From Eledone cirrhosa (Eukaryota), in assembly GCA_964016885.1 (NCBI GenBank), contig OZ024751.1:45198001-45262000 (forward strand): a stretch of DNA of 64,000 nt, written 5' to 3'. The position numbers were made by a program, and so were the translations under genes. This document shows positions 39,371 to 52,789 of the stretch, in pieces. The notes beneath the pieces were generated by a model that was not told the origin of the DNA, did not search any database, and saw only the letters and a program-made list of their open reading frames with translations. The stretch's first letter is position 1. Each line of letters begins with the position of its first letter.

Positions 39371-40859
39371 TGCTTCTCCTGAAACAAAACAAAACAAAAC
39401 AAATATATATTACTTGTTTCTACTTTTTGCACAAGGCCAGCAATTTGAAGAAGCTGGGAGATGGGGAAAGTCGATTAAATCGACCCCAGTGTGCTACTGG
39501 TACTTTTATCAGCCCTGTAAAGATGAAAGGAAAAGCTAACCTCGGCGAGATTTGAACTTAGAATGCAAAGGGCTGTAACTATATGCCACAAAGTACGGCG
39601 TCCGATGCTCTACTGATACTGCCAATCCACCGCCATCACAAATATAAATTAATAAAAACACGTAAAACAAGGGCATCCAGCTGTAGAAACCAAATCAGTC
39701 CTGTATGAGCATGACATGGTCACCTGACCTAGCATTCCCCACAACAGGACAACTCGTCTAACCCATGCTAGTGTAGAAAAATGGACGTAAAATGATGATG
39801 ATGAATTAAAACAAATAAATAAATAAAAATATACAAATAGGAAAAAGCATGAGTAGGACAGGTATTCCAATGTTAAGGAACTAGAACAAGATTTTGTCAT
39901 CCAACTCATCAACACACAGATATGCATAACCCAATGAGGGAGTCTTTATGAGAAGTCACCCAACTTGTTAGAAATAGCAGTCATGTCACACTCAAATAAC
40001 ACATTTTTTTTAATTTCAAAATTAATGTATATATAAACCCATAACACTTGATGGAGCTACAGAGGTACTGCAGTGATATATGGTATTTCTTGGGCATTTA
40101 AAACTTGGTGGAGCCTGTCCCCTCCTAGGGTCTGAACACAGCCAATTTCTTCCAGCAAGAGAAAGAGAGAGGGAGAGAAGGGGAGCGAGAAAGACATATA
40201 ATGAAGAATCAACTTCGGTACAAGACTAGTATTTATTTTTATCAACCTCGATATTATAAAAGACAAGGTTGACTTCAGAGTACATTGAGCTAGAACAAAC
40301 AGCAAAATAGTCTATCTGACTGTCAATGCACATCGAAATAGGATGGACAATATTTGACTTTGCCATAGTTAAATCAAAAGTTGTTTCCCTTTAAACAAGG
40401 TTTGCATGATACATGTAATAATTGTTTCTACCTTTGGCACAGGGCCAGCAATTATCCTAGTATGTTACTGATGCTTTATTTTATCGACCCCGCAAGGATG
40501 AAAGGCAAAGTTAACCCCAGCGGGATTTGAATAATAGTCGAGAGTTGGCGGAGAGTTGATTTGCACCTTTTCACCCAACTTTAATCCTTCATATGCTTCA
40601 CATGTCCATACCAGCACAATCTTCTTTCTTGCACACTACATCTGATTCCTCTCATATCCAGTTTTTCTCTCAGCTCATGTGTGCACTCTCGTTGATGCAC
40701 ACAAATACATCCAGTGTAGTATACAAGCCTCCTTTTTTCCACTACCATACAACATACTGGGATTGATATGATTAGCTAAAGGCCATAAAGGTGTTTCCCC
40801 AGCATAGCAAGCCAAACTTTAAGAGTAATATACCTAATTATAGCGAAAAACAGAGCAGA

Positions 40860-41175
40860 GTGAATGAAATAAATAGAAGTAGTCTTGGATAGTATTAGTG
40901 AAATAGGCTGAATATAGTTTGGTATAGAGCAGGGTGGATGGAAGAGACAAATATATGTCAAAGGACATTTGTAATACATTGAATATAGTTTGATATAGAA
41001 CAGGGTAGGTGAAATAGATAGAAGTGGTTTTAGAGCATATTGGTGACACAGAGTGTATATTGTTTAATATAGAACAGGGTAAGTGAAATAGATTGGAGCA
41101 TATATTGAATAGTATTTGTGACACACCCCAAATATAGTTTAATATAAAATAGGGTAGGTGGAATAAATAGAAGTT
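40860..41175. repeat. Degenerate tandem repeat of about 70-80 bp
   Basis: gaatatagtttgatatagaacagggtaggtgaaatagatagaagt recurs about 4 times. Confidence 0.65.
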
Positions 41176-41510
41176 TTATGTTTACCTAAAGTGGCTTTGT
41201 CAATCAACATTCCTTAGTTCACCTGGCCACTCCTCAGGCATATTAATCATAAAAACACAGGTAAATATACATATCATCATCATAAGTCCACTTTATATAC
41301 TGGCATTGACATATATAAATATATAGACATGTGCACACATGTGTGCATCATCATCATCATCAATTAACGTCTATTTTTCCATGCTTACATGAGTTAAGTG
41401 TGTTGTCATGCTATGAGATAAGTCAGGTCAGGTGACCAGGTTTGCTCATACAGATCTGCTTTAGTCCTGGTTTCTACAGTTGGATGCCCTTCCATGTTAC
41501 AGTGTAATAC

Positions 41511-41575
<65 letters not shown>

Positions 41576-41914
41576 AGACAGAGAGAGAGTTTTTATTGAC
41601 TGACTTCTATTGAGTGGCTAAGTTAACATTTGGTTTAGAAAATCAAAATGGCTTCTGTTGATAGGAATAATAATATATTGTAACTTAGATTAGAATGTGA
41701 GATATTTTTCAAAGTTGAGGGAATGGGGGGAGCAGTTGAAAGAATAGACCTATGTTTGACTGGTACTTTGACAGGTAAGCTTCAACCCTCCCTATCCACA
41801 ATTATTTGAAATGAGAATATAAAGGGACATAACTGCATAATACACTGCTAGTTATGGTACTCAGTCATGTCATTCTAGAGCTGAGATTCCATCACGTGCA
41901 TTGTTAATGTGCAA

Positions 41915-42220
41915 GATGAACTGAGAGAGAAACTGGGTATAAGAGGAATCAGAAGTAGTGTGCAGGAGAGTAGACTGTGTTGGTATGGAAATGTGATGCA
42001 GATTAGTGGTGATTGTTGGGTGAAGAAGTGCTAAATAATCTCAGTGGATGGTAGCCGCAGTAAAGGAAGACCAAGGAAAATTTGGATTGAAATGGTTAGA
42101 ACTGATCTCAGATGAACTGATCGGAGATGACAAAGGGATGCGATGAGTGGAGAGCTGCTGTACTAAGAAGGACCAGTCCAACCCATGCAAGTGTGGAATA
42201 ACAGACGTATGATGATGAGG
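41915..42220 (+). mobile_element. Decayed RTE LINE 3' fragment
   Basis: Translates ELREKLGIRGIRSSVQESRLCWYGNVMQ...GRPRKIW, homologous to 13096-13482, followed by the aacccatgc tail. Confidence 0.75.
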
Positions 42221-42539
42221 GTGATAACAAGAGACAGCTGCAGAGTCCTCTCCACCCTTTGTTTGTAAAGTTTTCTATGGCTGGATGACCTTCCAATCAC
42301 CAACTACTCTACAGAGTGTACTTGGTGCATTTGGACAGTGTATATATTTATGTGCTCAATAATATACTTTGACTGTTATTCATTCGATTGTCTCACTAAA
42401 TGATACTCCAAGATCTCTATTATTTCGCTGATTGCTTAATATTTGTCTTTGATATAAACGTGAGAGAGAGAGAGTGGAAGAGAGAGGTGGGAAAGAGGGA
42501 GAAGAGATAGGGTGGAGAGAAAGAGAGGGGGAGCTGATA

Positions 42540-45300
42540 CCATTTGTTCAGGGAATTTAGCTATCTTATAACTTTCGATCTTTCTTATTCCGTTCTGCAT
42601 TTATTCATGTCTGTCTTTATTATAAATGTTAAAAAAAAGTTATTTAAAAAATTTATTATTGTGGAAATGTTTAAGAAAAGTAAAGAAAAATTGGTGGAGT
42701 TTGGTAGATGACTAAAAGGATATGATTTGTTGATGGAGCTCTCTGTGCCAGGAGGAACCACATAACGGGATCTATGGTGTGTATAATAATAAGTGGGCGT
42801 ACAAGCAATAAATGACGTGTAGTTATTGTATGTGGCAAAGAAAAAATTGAAGTGAAAGTGGAAAAAGTGAAATAGGTTTCGGTGAAAAGCGAAACCAGTC
42901 CAAAAACCGAAATAAAAAACAAAAAAACTAGCATCGAAAGACCTAACACGCTGCATCGCCTAACACCATCACCTCTTCCTTGGTTATTAATTATCATTAT
43001 TATTATTTTTTTTTGTAGGAAGGGTTCACCGTTTTGTAAACATTAAAATCAGGTGTTCTCTCTTTCAGGCGTTCACCTTTTAAACTTTGACCTGAAAAAT
43101 ATTCAGGCTGTGCGTCAACTGCACCATTCTTAACAGCATGCTCTTATATTCATATGACAAAATTAACAAAAAGAAAATCATCTGCAGCGGAAGTAATTTA
43201 GTTATTATTATATATATTTAATCCCGAAGAAAACTTTACAGACAATTCTTAAATTATGAACTATTCCTACAAACCACCAAATACTGAAAAGAATTTGAAC
43301 TACAACATATACACAGTTATTCCAATTATTGATATAATATTTTTCTTTTTTTTTATATATATCAGTATAGCCTTGCGTTTATTAAACATATAAATAATTG
43401 GAATAAATATGAAATTGAAAGTAAAAAATCCCACATACATATTGAAATTTATCGTTAAATTTTGTTGAAAATACTCAATATATAATATCATATAAAACGG
43501 TGATATTAATTAAGGAAATAACAGTAAAATAAAACATGAAAATATATATTTACAGTTTTAAACACAATACTTTAATTTTACTTTAAACACAAATAAAATA
43601 AAAAGACTTACATTTTATCTGAATAGCGTACACTACCGGTCTTTGCCTTAAAAATGTCCCCGCTGATAAGTATTTCCCAGCGTGTTTTAATATAATAAAG
43701 CTGTTAAAGAATTGATAGAATATGTTCTCTTTATAAAAAATATAAACACTGTCGATGAATTAATCAATTATTTAGTTTAATTAATAACAACGACGAATAA
43801 TTCTTATTTACTGACTGATATAGTTTCGATATCCGAAAGAATATTCCGGAATGGTGTTCTGCGAAATATATTATTAATTACTTTATATTCAAGTTGAAAT
43901 ACTTAAGGCACGTTAATTAATAGCATTTAATAATCATTTTAGTGGGGTTTTTTTTATAAAGTTCTGTTAAAATATAAATTTATTAAGCTATTTAAAAATA
44001 TTAAATTATCAAAATATTATATTTGAAAATGTATTGAGAGTGAGGGCAACTGTTTCGCCTCTTCACCGTTTTAGTACTGATGTATATGTTATTTCGATCT
44101 CTGCGCCTTGCTAGTTATATATATATATATTTATATATTTATACACACACGATAATTTATCATTACTGGAGTTGAAGTAAGTAACAAGATATTACTGACA
44201 TTGCTTAACTTTATTCTCCATCGAGTAAACATTATCAATCTTCTGTTTATTGTTTGATTTTTGTACATTTTTGCACGAAACATTCTCTTAGCTGAGTAAT
44301 TTCGTGTTAGTTGAAATGTAGCAAAAATTGATAGATTGTCAATCAATAAATGTTTGGTTTCTTTTATTTCTCTATTTCTACTAAAATACATTTCATTCCA
44401 CTAGAATTTTCTTTGAGATAAATATCTTATTCATAATATTCAATTTATTATGAATTCAACAGATTGCATTTCGTTGTGTGTTGTGTCTAGTTTATTCAAC
44501 GTAATACATGTAATTTGACCCCTCACTCTAGATATTATACTTAATTTGTAGTTGAATAAAACTGAATTTATATGGATGTTAGATACATCTAAACCACTAC
44601 TATCTTCTAGAAAATTGTGAATGTCTTTTTCTATTCATCATCGTATATTGCTGTTCCTTTATATATTCTACATCGGTCACCTTGGTAGGAATCCGACGAA
44701 TTGTTTCAAGTCCCCATTTGCTAACCTATTTTCATTTTATTGTTTCTACATTATGAAAACTATCTTCATAATTAATCCATCTATTAATTCTATCTTTAAA
44801 TTTATTTCCTAAAGAAGCATTATTTAATAATGTATTGTAACAATACTACTGATTTCTAATTCAGACACAAGGCCAGCAATTTGGTTGGTGGGAGAGGGTG
44901 GGGGAGAAGTCGATTCTATCGACCAGTATTTGACTGGTACTTTATTTTATCGATCCCAGAAGGATGAAAAGCAAATTTGGCATCTTTGTGATTTGAACTC
45001 AGAACGTAAATAAATTCTGTAAATCATTTTCTCCGACGCTCTGACGATTTTGTGAATCCACTTCCCTTTAATAATGTACGACAATAAAGTTATACAAGCA
45101 TACCATTGTTTTATTCAGTGCCTCTTTGATTTCGTAATTTATTTTTATCCCTTTTTTCACTTACCTTTAATCTATTTTCTCATTCAAGTATTTTTCATCA
45201 TCCAAAATTAAACGATATTCTTCCATTATCAGTAGATTTCTTATAATAATTCCTAATACTTCGCTTCAGAGAGACGTAAGTATTTAGAATGAGGACTAAA
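42540..45300. promoter_or_regulatory. Probable divergent promoter and 5' UTR exon region between SNRNP35 and FKBP8
   Basis: CpG visibly more frequent and repeats sparser than in the flanks; candidate GTAAGT donors on minus (plus 43606-43611) and on plus (45276); both genes need an upstream non-coding exon. Confidence 0.45.
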
Positions 45301-48300
45301 AGAAAACTTGGTCACTGCGTAACGTGAAAGGTTTCATTATTGATTTGTACGTTTTTAAATATCTGATCTATAACGCTCTGTGAACTGCATCAAGGAAATA
45401 ACTAAAAGGCTCCATGCCGGATAAAGAGTGGGCTTCATTTATAGATCTAATCGATATCTATCGCATATTGCAGTACATGCTGATAAAGTTTATATTTCAC
45501 ACATACTCGACCTTCTAGAAAATGCAGTTATATTCCTCGTAAACGACGCCTTAAAAGGACACACTGGGTCTTTTTCCTTTTAGCGTGGATTCTTTTTACC
45601 CACCCCATAACATTATTTATTATACATAAAAAAAGGTCTTCGATTATTATGAAATACGATGAACTTTATATTTCACATACATGTACACACAACTGTAGCA
45701 AATAGAACTATATAGTCCTTTCCTCTACTTTCCCATACAGCCAGATCTGCCCTTCTTTACGCCTCCCCTTTTTCTCATTACTTGATTTTACTTTTATCTT
45801 TCTTTTTCATATTTATGGAATCATTATAAGCAGTTTGTAATGTTATGCATATAACTGTGAATATTTACTAATCCCCGACAGTATCTTTCAATGAGTAGTT
45901 GTTTAGATATCAACATGTTACTAGTAAATTTTGAGTCCTTCTTTGTCTAGAGACACGTGAAGTAAAACAAGGAAATAGGTTTAGCAGGAAATCGAAACCG
46001 TATGTACATTTTGTTGCGACTTGTTCGAAATAACAACCAAATTCCCTTCAAGTCCTTCCGTTTTAAAATATTGGATAATCTGGAAGACACATTTCCTTTT
46101 AGAGTTTTTTTAAGCACAGAACCTAACTTTTTTTTTATTATGATCTTTTAAAAAAGGGTCTCCGGATTTTTATGTTTTAAACACCAGAGATTAAGAATCC
46201 GTGTTTTCTTTTCTTTTCTGTTTTTTAAATAAAAAAAAATGGCTATGATTTGGAGATTTATGGCTGCAGTACTTTTTGTTTTTATATTTAAATCATCCTC
46301 ATTATCATTTTAACGTCCGCTTTCCCTGCTAACCAGGGTTGGACGGGTCTACATAGATCTAGTTAGTACTGAAGCGGGGCTACTGATCTCCCAGAAAGGC
46401 TGAGGGGTCTGCATCACGCTTACGTACTGAAAAGGAAGTGGAATGGATTGGATATATATATAAAAGCTCTGTGGTTATAAATAGCTATAAAGCCCTTTCG
46501 AATGGATTGTTGTTTGAAAAAAAAAAAAAAATTTTTTTATTTTAAAATATTACCTCAGGATTCAGAACCGAAAGACCTTTTTTTTTTTTTTTTTTTTTCT
46601 TAAAAAAAGTCATAATAATAGTAAAAAAAAGTCATGTCCTTCGACCTGTAACTCTTGGTGGAGTTGTAGGGGCACCATTGTGACACCTCCTTTCAGGTCT
46701 GATTTTTACCACACTTTCTCTCCTTCTAGAGAAGGAGTGATAAAAAGATATAAATGAAAAATCAACACTAGTATTGGACTGGTGTTTTTTTTATTGACAT
46801 CGAAAGGATTTGAACTCAGAGAGCAGAGAGTCAGAACAAATACTGTAAATCATTCTATTCACCATTCCAATTCATTGCTTCAATAAAACACTACATTGTC
46901 CAGTATGTCCATCTCTATTGAAGACAGCAGGGTGTGATTTGAGGGAAATATGGATGCTCTCTCTAGTAGATTGAGCAATCATAAAGAGGCTCTCTAGTTG
47001 GTTTGTTATATAATACTGTTTTTTTATCAAATCGTGATTAAAATGTCAAAGTGAACTCACATAAGACCTCATTTACCAAAACTGTTTGCTGATAGCAAGG
47101 ACAAACTATTGGCTACCATCTCACTCTCTCTAATCTAATATTTCCTTTATCAGTGTCCGCCCCCACCATCACCACTACCTTTAATTTTCCAGCACTGCCG
47201 TTGTAAAATTCCCACTAGTCATCATGTTGTACAAACTCTTTTTTCTTTTAAATTTTGTTTATTTACACTATCAGTGTTTTCGACTAGGTACAGGGGGAAG
47301 GTGTGTGGCCTAATGGTTAGGTTGCTTGACATATGATTGCAATGTCATCGGTTCGATTCCTACGTTGTGTTCTTGAGCAAAACACTTTATTTCACATTGC
47401 TCCTGTATACTCAGCTGAGATGAGTACCAACAGTAGCTGGGGAGTTAATCCTGAGATAGACCAGCATCCTGTCTAGGGAGAGTCCTGTACTCTTAACCAC
47501 TTAGCACCAAGGAAACCAGAGATAAGCACTGGCCTGATGAGCCTTCAGCTTATAACAGACTTTAACTAACTTAACTACAGGGTATCTATGTGCTGTAAAA
47601 GGGGGGAAGTAAAAAAGTTGACACCAAGAAGTATATGAAACCATAAACCATTGCTTCGAATAGTCCCATGCCAAAATGGCAAGGGTCAGTTTAAAAATAA
47701 TCCTTTCTAACAAGGCCAGCAATTTGGGGAAAGGGAAACATTGATTACATCGATCCCAGTACTTACCTGGTACTTTATTTTATTGACCCCAGAAAGATGA
47801 AAGACAAAATTGACCTTAGAATGTAAACAGTCGTAAATAAAAATCTCAAAGTGTTTGTCCGAAGCTCTACCAATTAATGCCAATCTACTGGTTATTGTAA
47901 AAATGATGATGACACAAAGTGAACATGTAACTATAGGTTAAACTGCACAAGAACTTACAGCCTACTTAGTCGTTCAACCTGCTAAAAATAATAGCTAAAT
48001 CTCTCTAAAACCACACACTACTTTAGTAAATAAGGAATGATACGTTGGACAGATGTGATGGTCATGATTGGAACACCTTGGATCATAGGTCCTCTCAATC
48101 AAGGCTGACCAGGAGCTAAACAGCAATGAGGGTTCTTCTGTGCAGTCACTCAACATGCTAATATTAGAAACCAAATCACCCCCAATTACATCCTACTATC
48201 TTACATTTGACAGGATGATCAAGGCTGGAAAGGCTTTTAGTCATAAGTTTTCTCATAAATCCCTCAAAATTCTTCATTAAATAATTGAAATGGAGTGTAT

Positions 48301-48849
48301 TTCATTAGAAATATGTTCCTGAAAAGTGTAAGTAATTTTTCCTTTGAGTCTGGTTAGTAATGCTGTCTTTTGACTTTTAATTTATTGTTCTTTTTGTAAC
48401 CTCAATCTTTTGTGACTATATTTTTTTCTTATAAGTAGATTGCCTTTGTCTTTCAATTAAATATCAGTCTAATCAAGTATTTATAACTTTATATATTGTT
48501 GTGTATTACTATGTTGGTGTTGATCAACTAAAATCTTATAATACCATTCACTTTAGGAAAGAGATTTTGGTGGAGATTTTCATTTAAATATAAACAGTTA
48601 AAGGAATGTATGTTTAGAAAATAGCGAGTGGAATTTGAAAATTGAATTAGAAGATTTTGCTGTAACTTTGACAAAATATTATAGTCTAATAATAATGGGG
48701 CGTATAAACCCATTGAAGGGAAAAAAATCTTGTGGTATTAAAAAGTTGAAAGAACATCGCATTGTTATGTAGTATTCTGTATATATTTCAACATATTGAT
48801 GAAATTGGTACTGGTTTTCTGTGTTTTCCAGAATATTCTGAAGTTCATT

Positions 48850-50007
48850 ATGCCGTCAACCCCCACTGAAGTTCCAGAAGCTCCCGGGCCAATTAATGTC
48901 GCTAACATTGCAGACCAAGCTAGTGTGAGCCACCAACATGGCAATGGTGAATTTGAATTAGATAAGAATGAAGAACATTTATCAGTAACAAAAGAAACTT
49001 GGAATGGAGACACTTCTGGCAAATCTAATGATTCTGGAGGATGTCAAGCAGAAATTAGTACCTCTCAGTTAAATTATTCTAGTAACGCTACTGTAACTAT
49101 AGGTAAAACTGCACAAGAACTTACAGCCGCACTTGGCCCTTCAGAAATGTTAATCAAAGCTCCAGATAGTGTATTGAACTCTCATCAATCTACCAGTGAT
49201 GAAGCAGTGATTGAGAAACCAGGTACTCTTGAACCTTCAGAAATGTTAATCAAAGCTCCAGATAGTGTATTGAACTCTCATCAATCTACCAGTGATGAAG
49301 CAGTGATTGAGAAACCAGGTACTCTTGAACCTTCAGAAATGTTAATCAAAGCTCCAGATAGTGTATTGAACTCTCATCAATCTACCAGTGATGAAGCAGT
49401 GATTGAGAAACCAGATACTCTTGAACCTTCAGAAATGTTAATCAAAGCTCCAGATAGTGTATTGAACTCTCATCAATCTACCAGTGATGAAGCAGTGATT
49501 GAGAAACCAGGTACTCTTGAACCTTCAGAAATGTTAATCAAAGCTCCAGATAGTGTATTGAACTCTCATCAATCTACCAGTGATGAAGCAGTGATTGAGA
49601 AACCACCAGAATTGTCGTTAAACCAATCAGTAGAAGCAGATGTGACGAAAGAAGAAGAACAACAACCACAAGTAAACGAAGAAGAAGAACAACAACAACC
49701 GCAAGTAAAAGAAGAAGAAGTAATACAAAATGAAGTAATATGTTCAGAGGAAAGTGGAGCTGCTCACGGTGATGTAAACATTTTACAGACTAAAGAAGTT
49801 TCAGTTGAATCTGGTAAAGATAGACTGTCAGAAAGTAAAGAGAATGCTGTGAGCCAAGATCAAAATACTGATTCACATGCTCAAGTTAAAGATAGAGGAG
49901 ATATTGAGGAATCAAAAGTTGGTGAAAAAGTGAACAATGTTTCAGAGACTGTTGAAGACTTTCTAGAAACTACGGATATTTTAGGCAATGGATTGCTTTT
50001 GAAAACG
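48850..50007 (+). CDS. FKBP8: FKBP8 coding exon 1 (acidic N-terminus with 5 x 32-aa repeats)
   Basis: Acceptor ttccAG 48830-48831, ATG 48850, ends TDILGNGLLLKT|GTAAGT (FKBP8-type DILGNGLL motif); 1158 nt, phase 0. Confidence 0.88.
49138..49605 (+). repeat. 96-bp coding tandem repeat, about 4.9 copies
   Basis: ccttcagaaatgttaatcaaagctccagatagtgtattgaac...gagaaaccaggtactcttgaa; peptide PSEMLIKAPDSVLNSHQSTSDEAVIEKPGTLE. Confidence 0.97.
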
Positions 50008-50212
50008 GTAAGTCACATGACTCCTGTGTCCTGTGTCCAGTCATATTCCTCTGCCCTGTGTCCAGTCCTCAGTGTCATGTCATCAGACCATGTGTCTCCT
50101 CCTCCATTTAACGTCTATCACCCCTGCTAGCAAAAGTCATTTTTTAAAGAACATTTTGAGCATCTACCTGAAAATTAATTACTTTTGTTTATAAATATAC
50201 AAACAACCAAAG

Positions 50213-50250
<38 letters not shown>

Positions 50251-50254
50251 GCAT

Positions 50255-50490
50255 TATCATCGTGTTTACGCCCATTTTTCAATGCTTGCATAGGTTGGAT
50301 GGGTCCTTTTCAGCACAGCCTCTCTCCACTCGCCGCATTCCTTCATCATCTCTGTGAGTCTCAGCAATTTATGATCAGCTCTACCCAGGTCTTACTTGGT
50401 CTACCTCTACTGCGGCTTCTTTCCACTGGGATTTCCTGGCGTTTCTTCATCCAGTGATCATCATCGATGCACATCACATGTCCGTTACAC
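50255..50490 (-). mobile_element. Decayed RTE LINE 3' fragment in an FKBP8 intron
   Basis: GHVMCIDDDHWMKK...RSRGRPSKTW plus the aacctatgcaagc tail. Confidence 0.65.
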
Positions 50491-50566
50491 ACATACGTAT
50501 ATATATTTTTTTCTTCTGTTTTGTTTTTAACTGTTCCTTTTCTAAATCTTTTTTCCATTAATTTAG

Positions 50567-50714
50567 GTTATTAAAAAAGGAGATGGACAATTGACCCGAC
50601 CATTACAAGGTCAGAAAGTTACTCTAAAAACAGAAGGTTTCCTCCCTGATGGAAAAGTCATTGACAAAAATAATTCCATTTCATTTATATTAGGTGATGG
50701 TGATGTAATTGCAG
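50567..50714 (+). CDS. FKBP8: FKBP8 coding exon 2 (FKBP domain)
   Basis: tttAG|VIKKGDGQLTRPLQGQKVTLKTEGFLPDGKVIDKNNSISFILGDGDVIA|GTAACT; phase 0 to 1. Confidence 0.93.
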
Positions 50715-51105
50715 GTAACTTTGGTTTCTTTCTCATTTTTGCTTTTAAATATAAATTAGAAATTAAGTGCCATGATGGCTGTATTTCTAGTTTATTTTAC
50801 ATCTTTTATTTATTAAAAAGCTTTTTTTTGGGGGGGGGGGGGGGTCAATGGAATGGTTCTCTTCCATGACTGTTACAGGTTCTCTGAGACTGGTATCTCA
50901 CCAGATGTATGTATTAATGTTCCATTAATTGTTAAAAATGAAATGATAACAAAGATGTTAGGATGTTACTTTACAGTTATTTATTGGTTCTCTTATATTT
51001 CGGGGATAAGATCGCTTCATCAAAAGAATAATTGAAGTAACTAATTTGGATATATAGATATCTTTTAGATTTTTATGTTTGCCTTGATTATTATATTGTT
51101 TGTAG

Positions 51106-51193
51106 GCTGGGACATTGCTGTTGCTTTGCTGCAAATAAATGAAATAGCTGAATTAAAATGTGATGCCAAATATGCCTATGGTAGCCAAGGCAG
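51106..51193 (+). CDS. FKBP8: FKBP8 coding exon 3 (FKBP domain)
   Basis: tgtAG|GWDIAVALLQINEIAELKCDAKYAYGSQGR|GTAAGT; phase 1 to 2. Confidence 0.93.
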
Positions 51194-52200
51194 GTAAGTT
51201 TAATATTTCATGAGATTCCCTCTTAACCCTTTCAGTAACATATTTCAAATAAAGGACAGTGTATGTCATTAACCATTTTGTTAACATATTTTTAATGAAA
51301 GACACTGTCTATAGTTTTCAAATCATTTCAAAAATAATAATTTGGCGGGATTTAGTAATATAGAAAACTTTCTCATTAAGCTGGTATTTAGAGGAAGGTT
51401 TTTAGATAGATATAAGCACTTTAACCTTTTAGTTACCATATTTCTAATGAATGGCAGTGCCTATGGTTTTCAAATAATTTTGAAAATAATCAGGAATTTC
51501 TCATTATTACACTTGTGTTTGGAACATAACTTAACAAAGGTTTTCATACAAAATTATAATAGATGGTCTTTACATAAATATATCCATGTGTATCGAGTTT
51601 GGAATAGGTACACCATGTCTCAGTGTATTGTAAGAAGTGACTAAAAGGGTTGATATCGGAAAGGGCATCCAGTTAAAAAAGTAAAAAAGATTACTTTAAA
51701 AAGTTCCATTCAATTTATGTCAGCATGGAAAAGTCAACATAGAAGCAATTATCTATCTATCTTGAAACCTCTTGGGGCTGCAGTCAGGATTATACATATC
51801 TCTATACCCACTCTGCATCTCCCATGATTAATGGTCTCTTCGGTCTCAGCACCACACACTCTCACACTCTATATATATATCTGTTTGCATATGTATATAT
51901 ATATGTGGCAGTGTATATCTGGTGTAGAATAGATACACTATATACCTGTGTGATGTAAGAAGTGACTGAAAGGATTGGTGTCCCATTCAATCCCTGCCAC
52001 CATGATGTGTTTTCCAATGATACTAAAGTTGTGTGTGTGTGTATATACTTTTCAATGAGACTAAAGTATGGATATGTTTGTGTTTTTGAATGATAGTAGA
52101 GGATGTGTATGTGTTTTGCAATAATGGTCGAGGATGTGTGCGTCTTTTTTTATTTGTTTTCTACTTGATATCAGCCACTGTCTTTTGTGTTGTATTGTAG

Positions 52201-52311
52201 ATATCCTGATGTGCGAAGCAATATCACCATTAGATATATCCTGGAACTACTTGACAAAGAACCAGGACCAAATTACAGTTTCATATCACTTGATGAACGA
52301 CTTCGTCATGC
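52201..52311 (+). CDS. FKBP8: FKBP8 coding exon 4
   Basis: tgtAG|YPDVRSNITIRYILELLDKEPGPNYSFISLDERLRHA|GTGAGT; phase 2 to 2. Confidence 0.92.
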
Positions 52312-52789
52312 GTGAGTATAATATTGGTGTTGTTTGTTTTATTGAGACAACATTCTTCTTCTTAGCATTTCATCTGCTCCGACATGTCAACATATCCAAT
52401 ATGTGGAATGTAGTAAAGAAAGAAACAAATAAACACCAATACATTCCATGTCATTCACCAAATATAAATATACAGTTGTCCCCCCGGTATTTGTTGGGGT
52501 TACGTTCCTAGAGGACCTGCGAAGAGTGAAAAACCATGAATATTGGACGTGGTCCATAAAACTGCCTATAAACGTCAAAACATAACGTAAAATATAGGCC
52601 GGCAAATACGGTATATTGTTATCAATAATTTAGCGTTAAAAAGCGTGAAAACCTTTTGTTGTTAACAGTGGGATTAGCTCTCTAAACCTCTTCTGTCCTA
52701 TCCTTATTCTAACTATTATGCTCTCAGAATACCTAATTATATATATTATTTTTCTATTTTCCCTAATTTTTTTCTACTTTCTTCTCTAG

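Noticed and set aside
39371-39397. MFCFVSGEA extension of SNRNP35
   Set aside because: Non-ATG start lying in the polypyrimidine tract and acceptor.
42585-42997. 123-aa and 108-aa minus-strand ORFs, or an snRNA near SNRNP35
   Set aside because: Phe-rich composition with no recognisable domain; no match to the U1, U2, U6, U11 or U12 sequences I can recall.
47530-47555. ctgatgagcc in a SINE tail (variant near 59472) as a hammerhead
   Set aside because: No GAAA box follows; ordinary SINE tail sequence.
50008-50130. C-terminal tail of the 444-aa ORF
   Set aside because: Lies after a GTAAGT donor; FKBP8 similarity continues in the exon at 50567.
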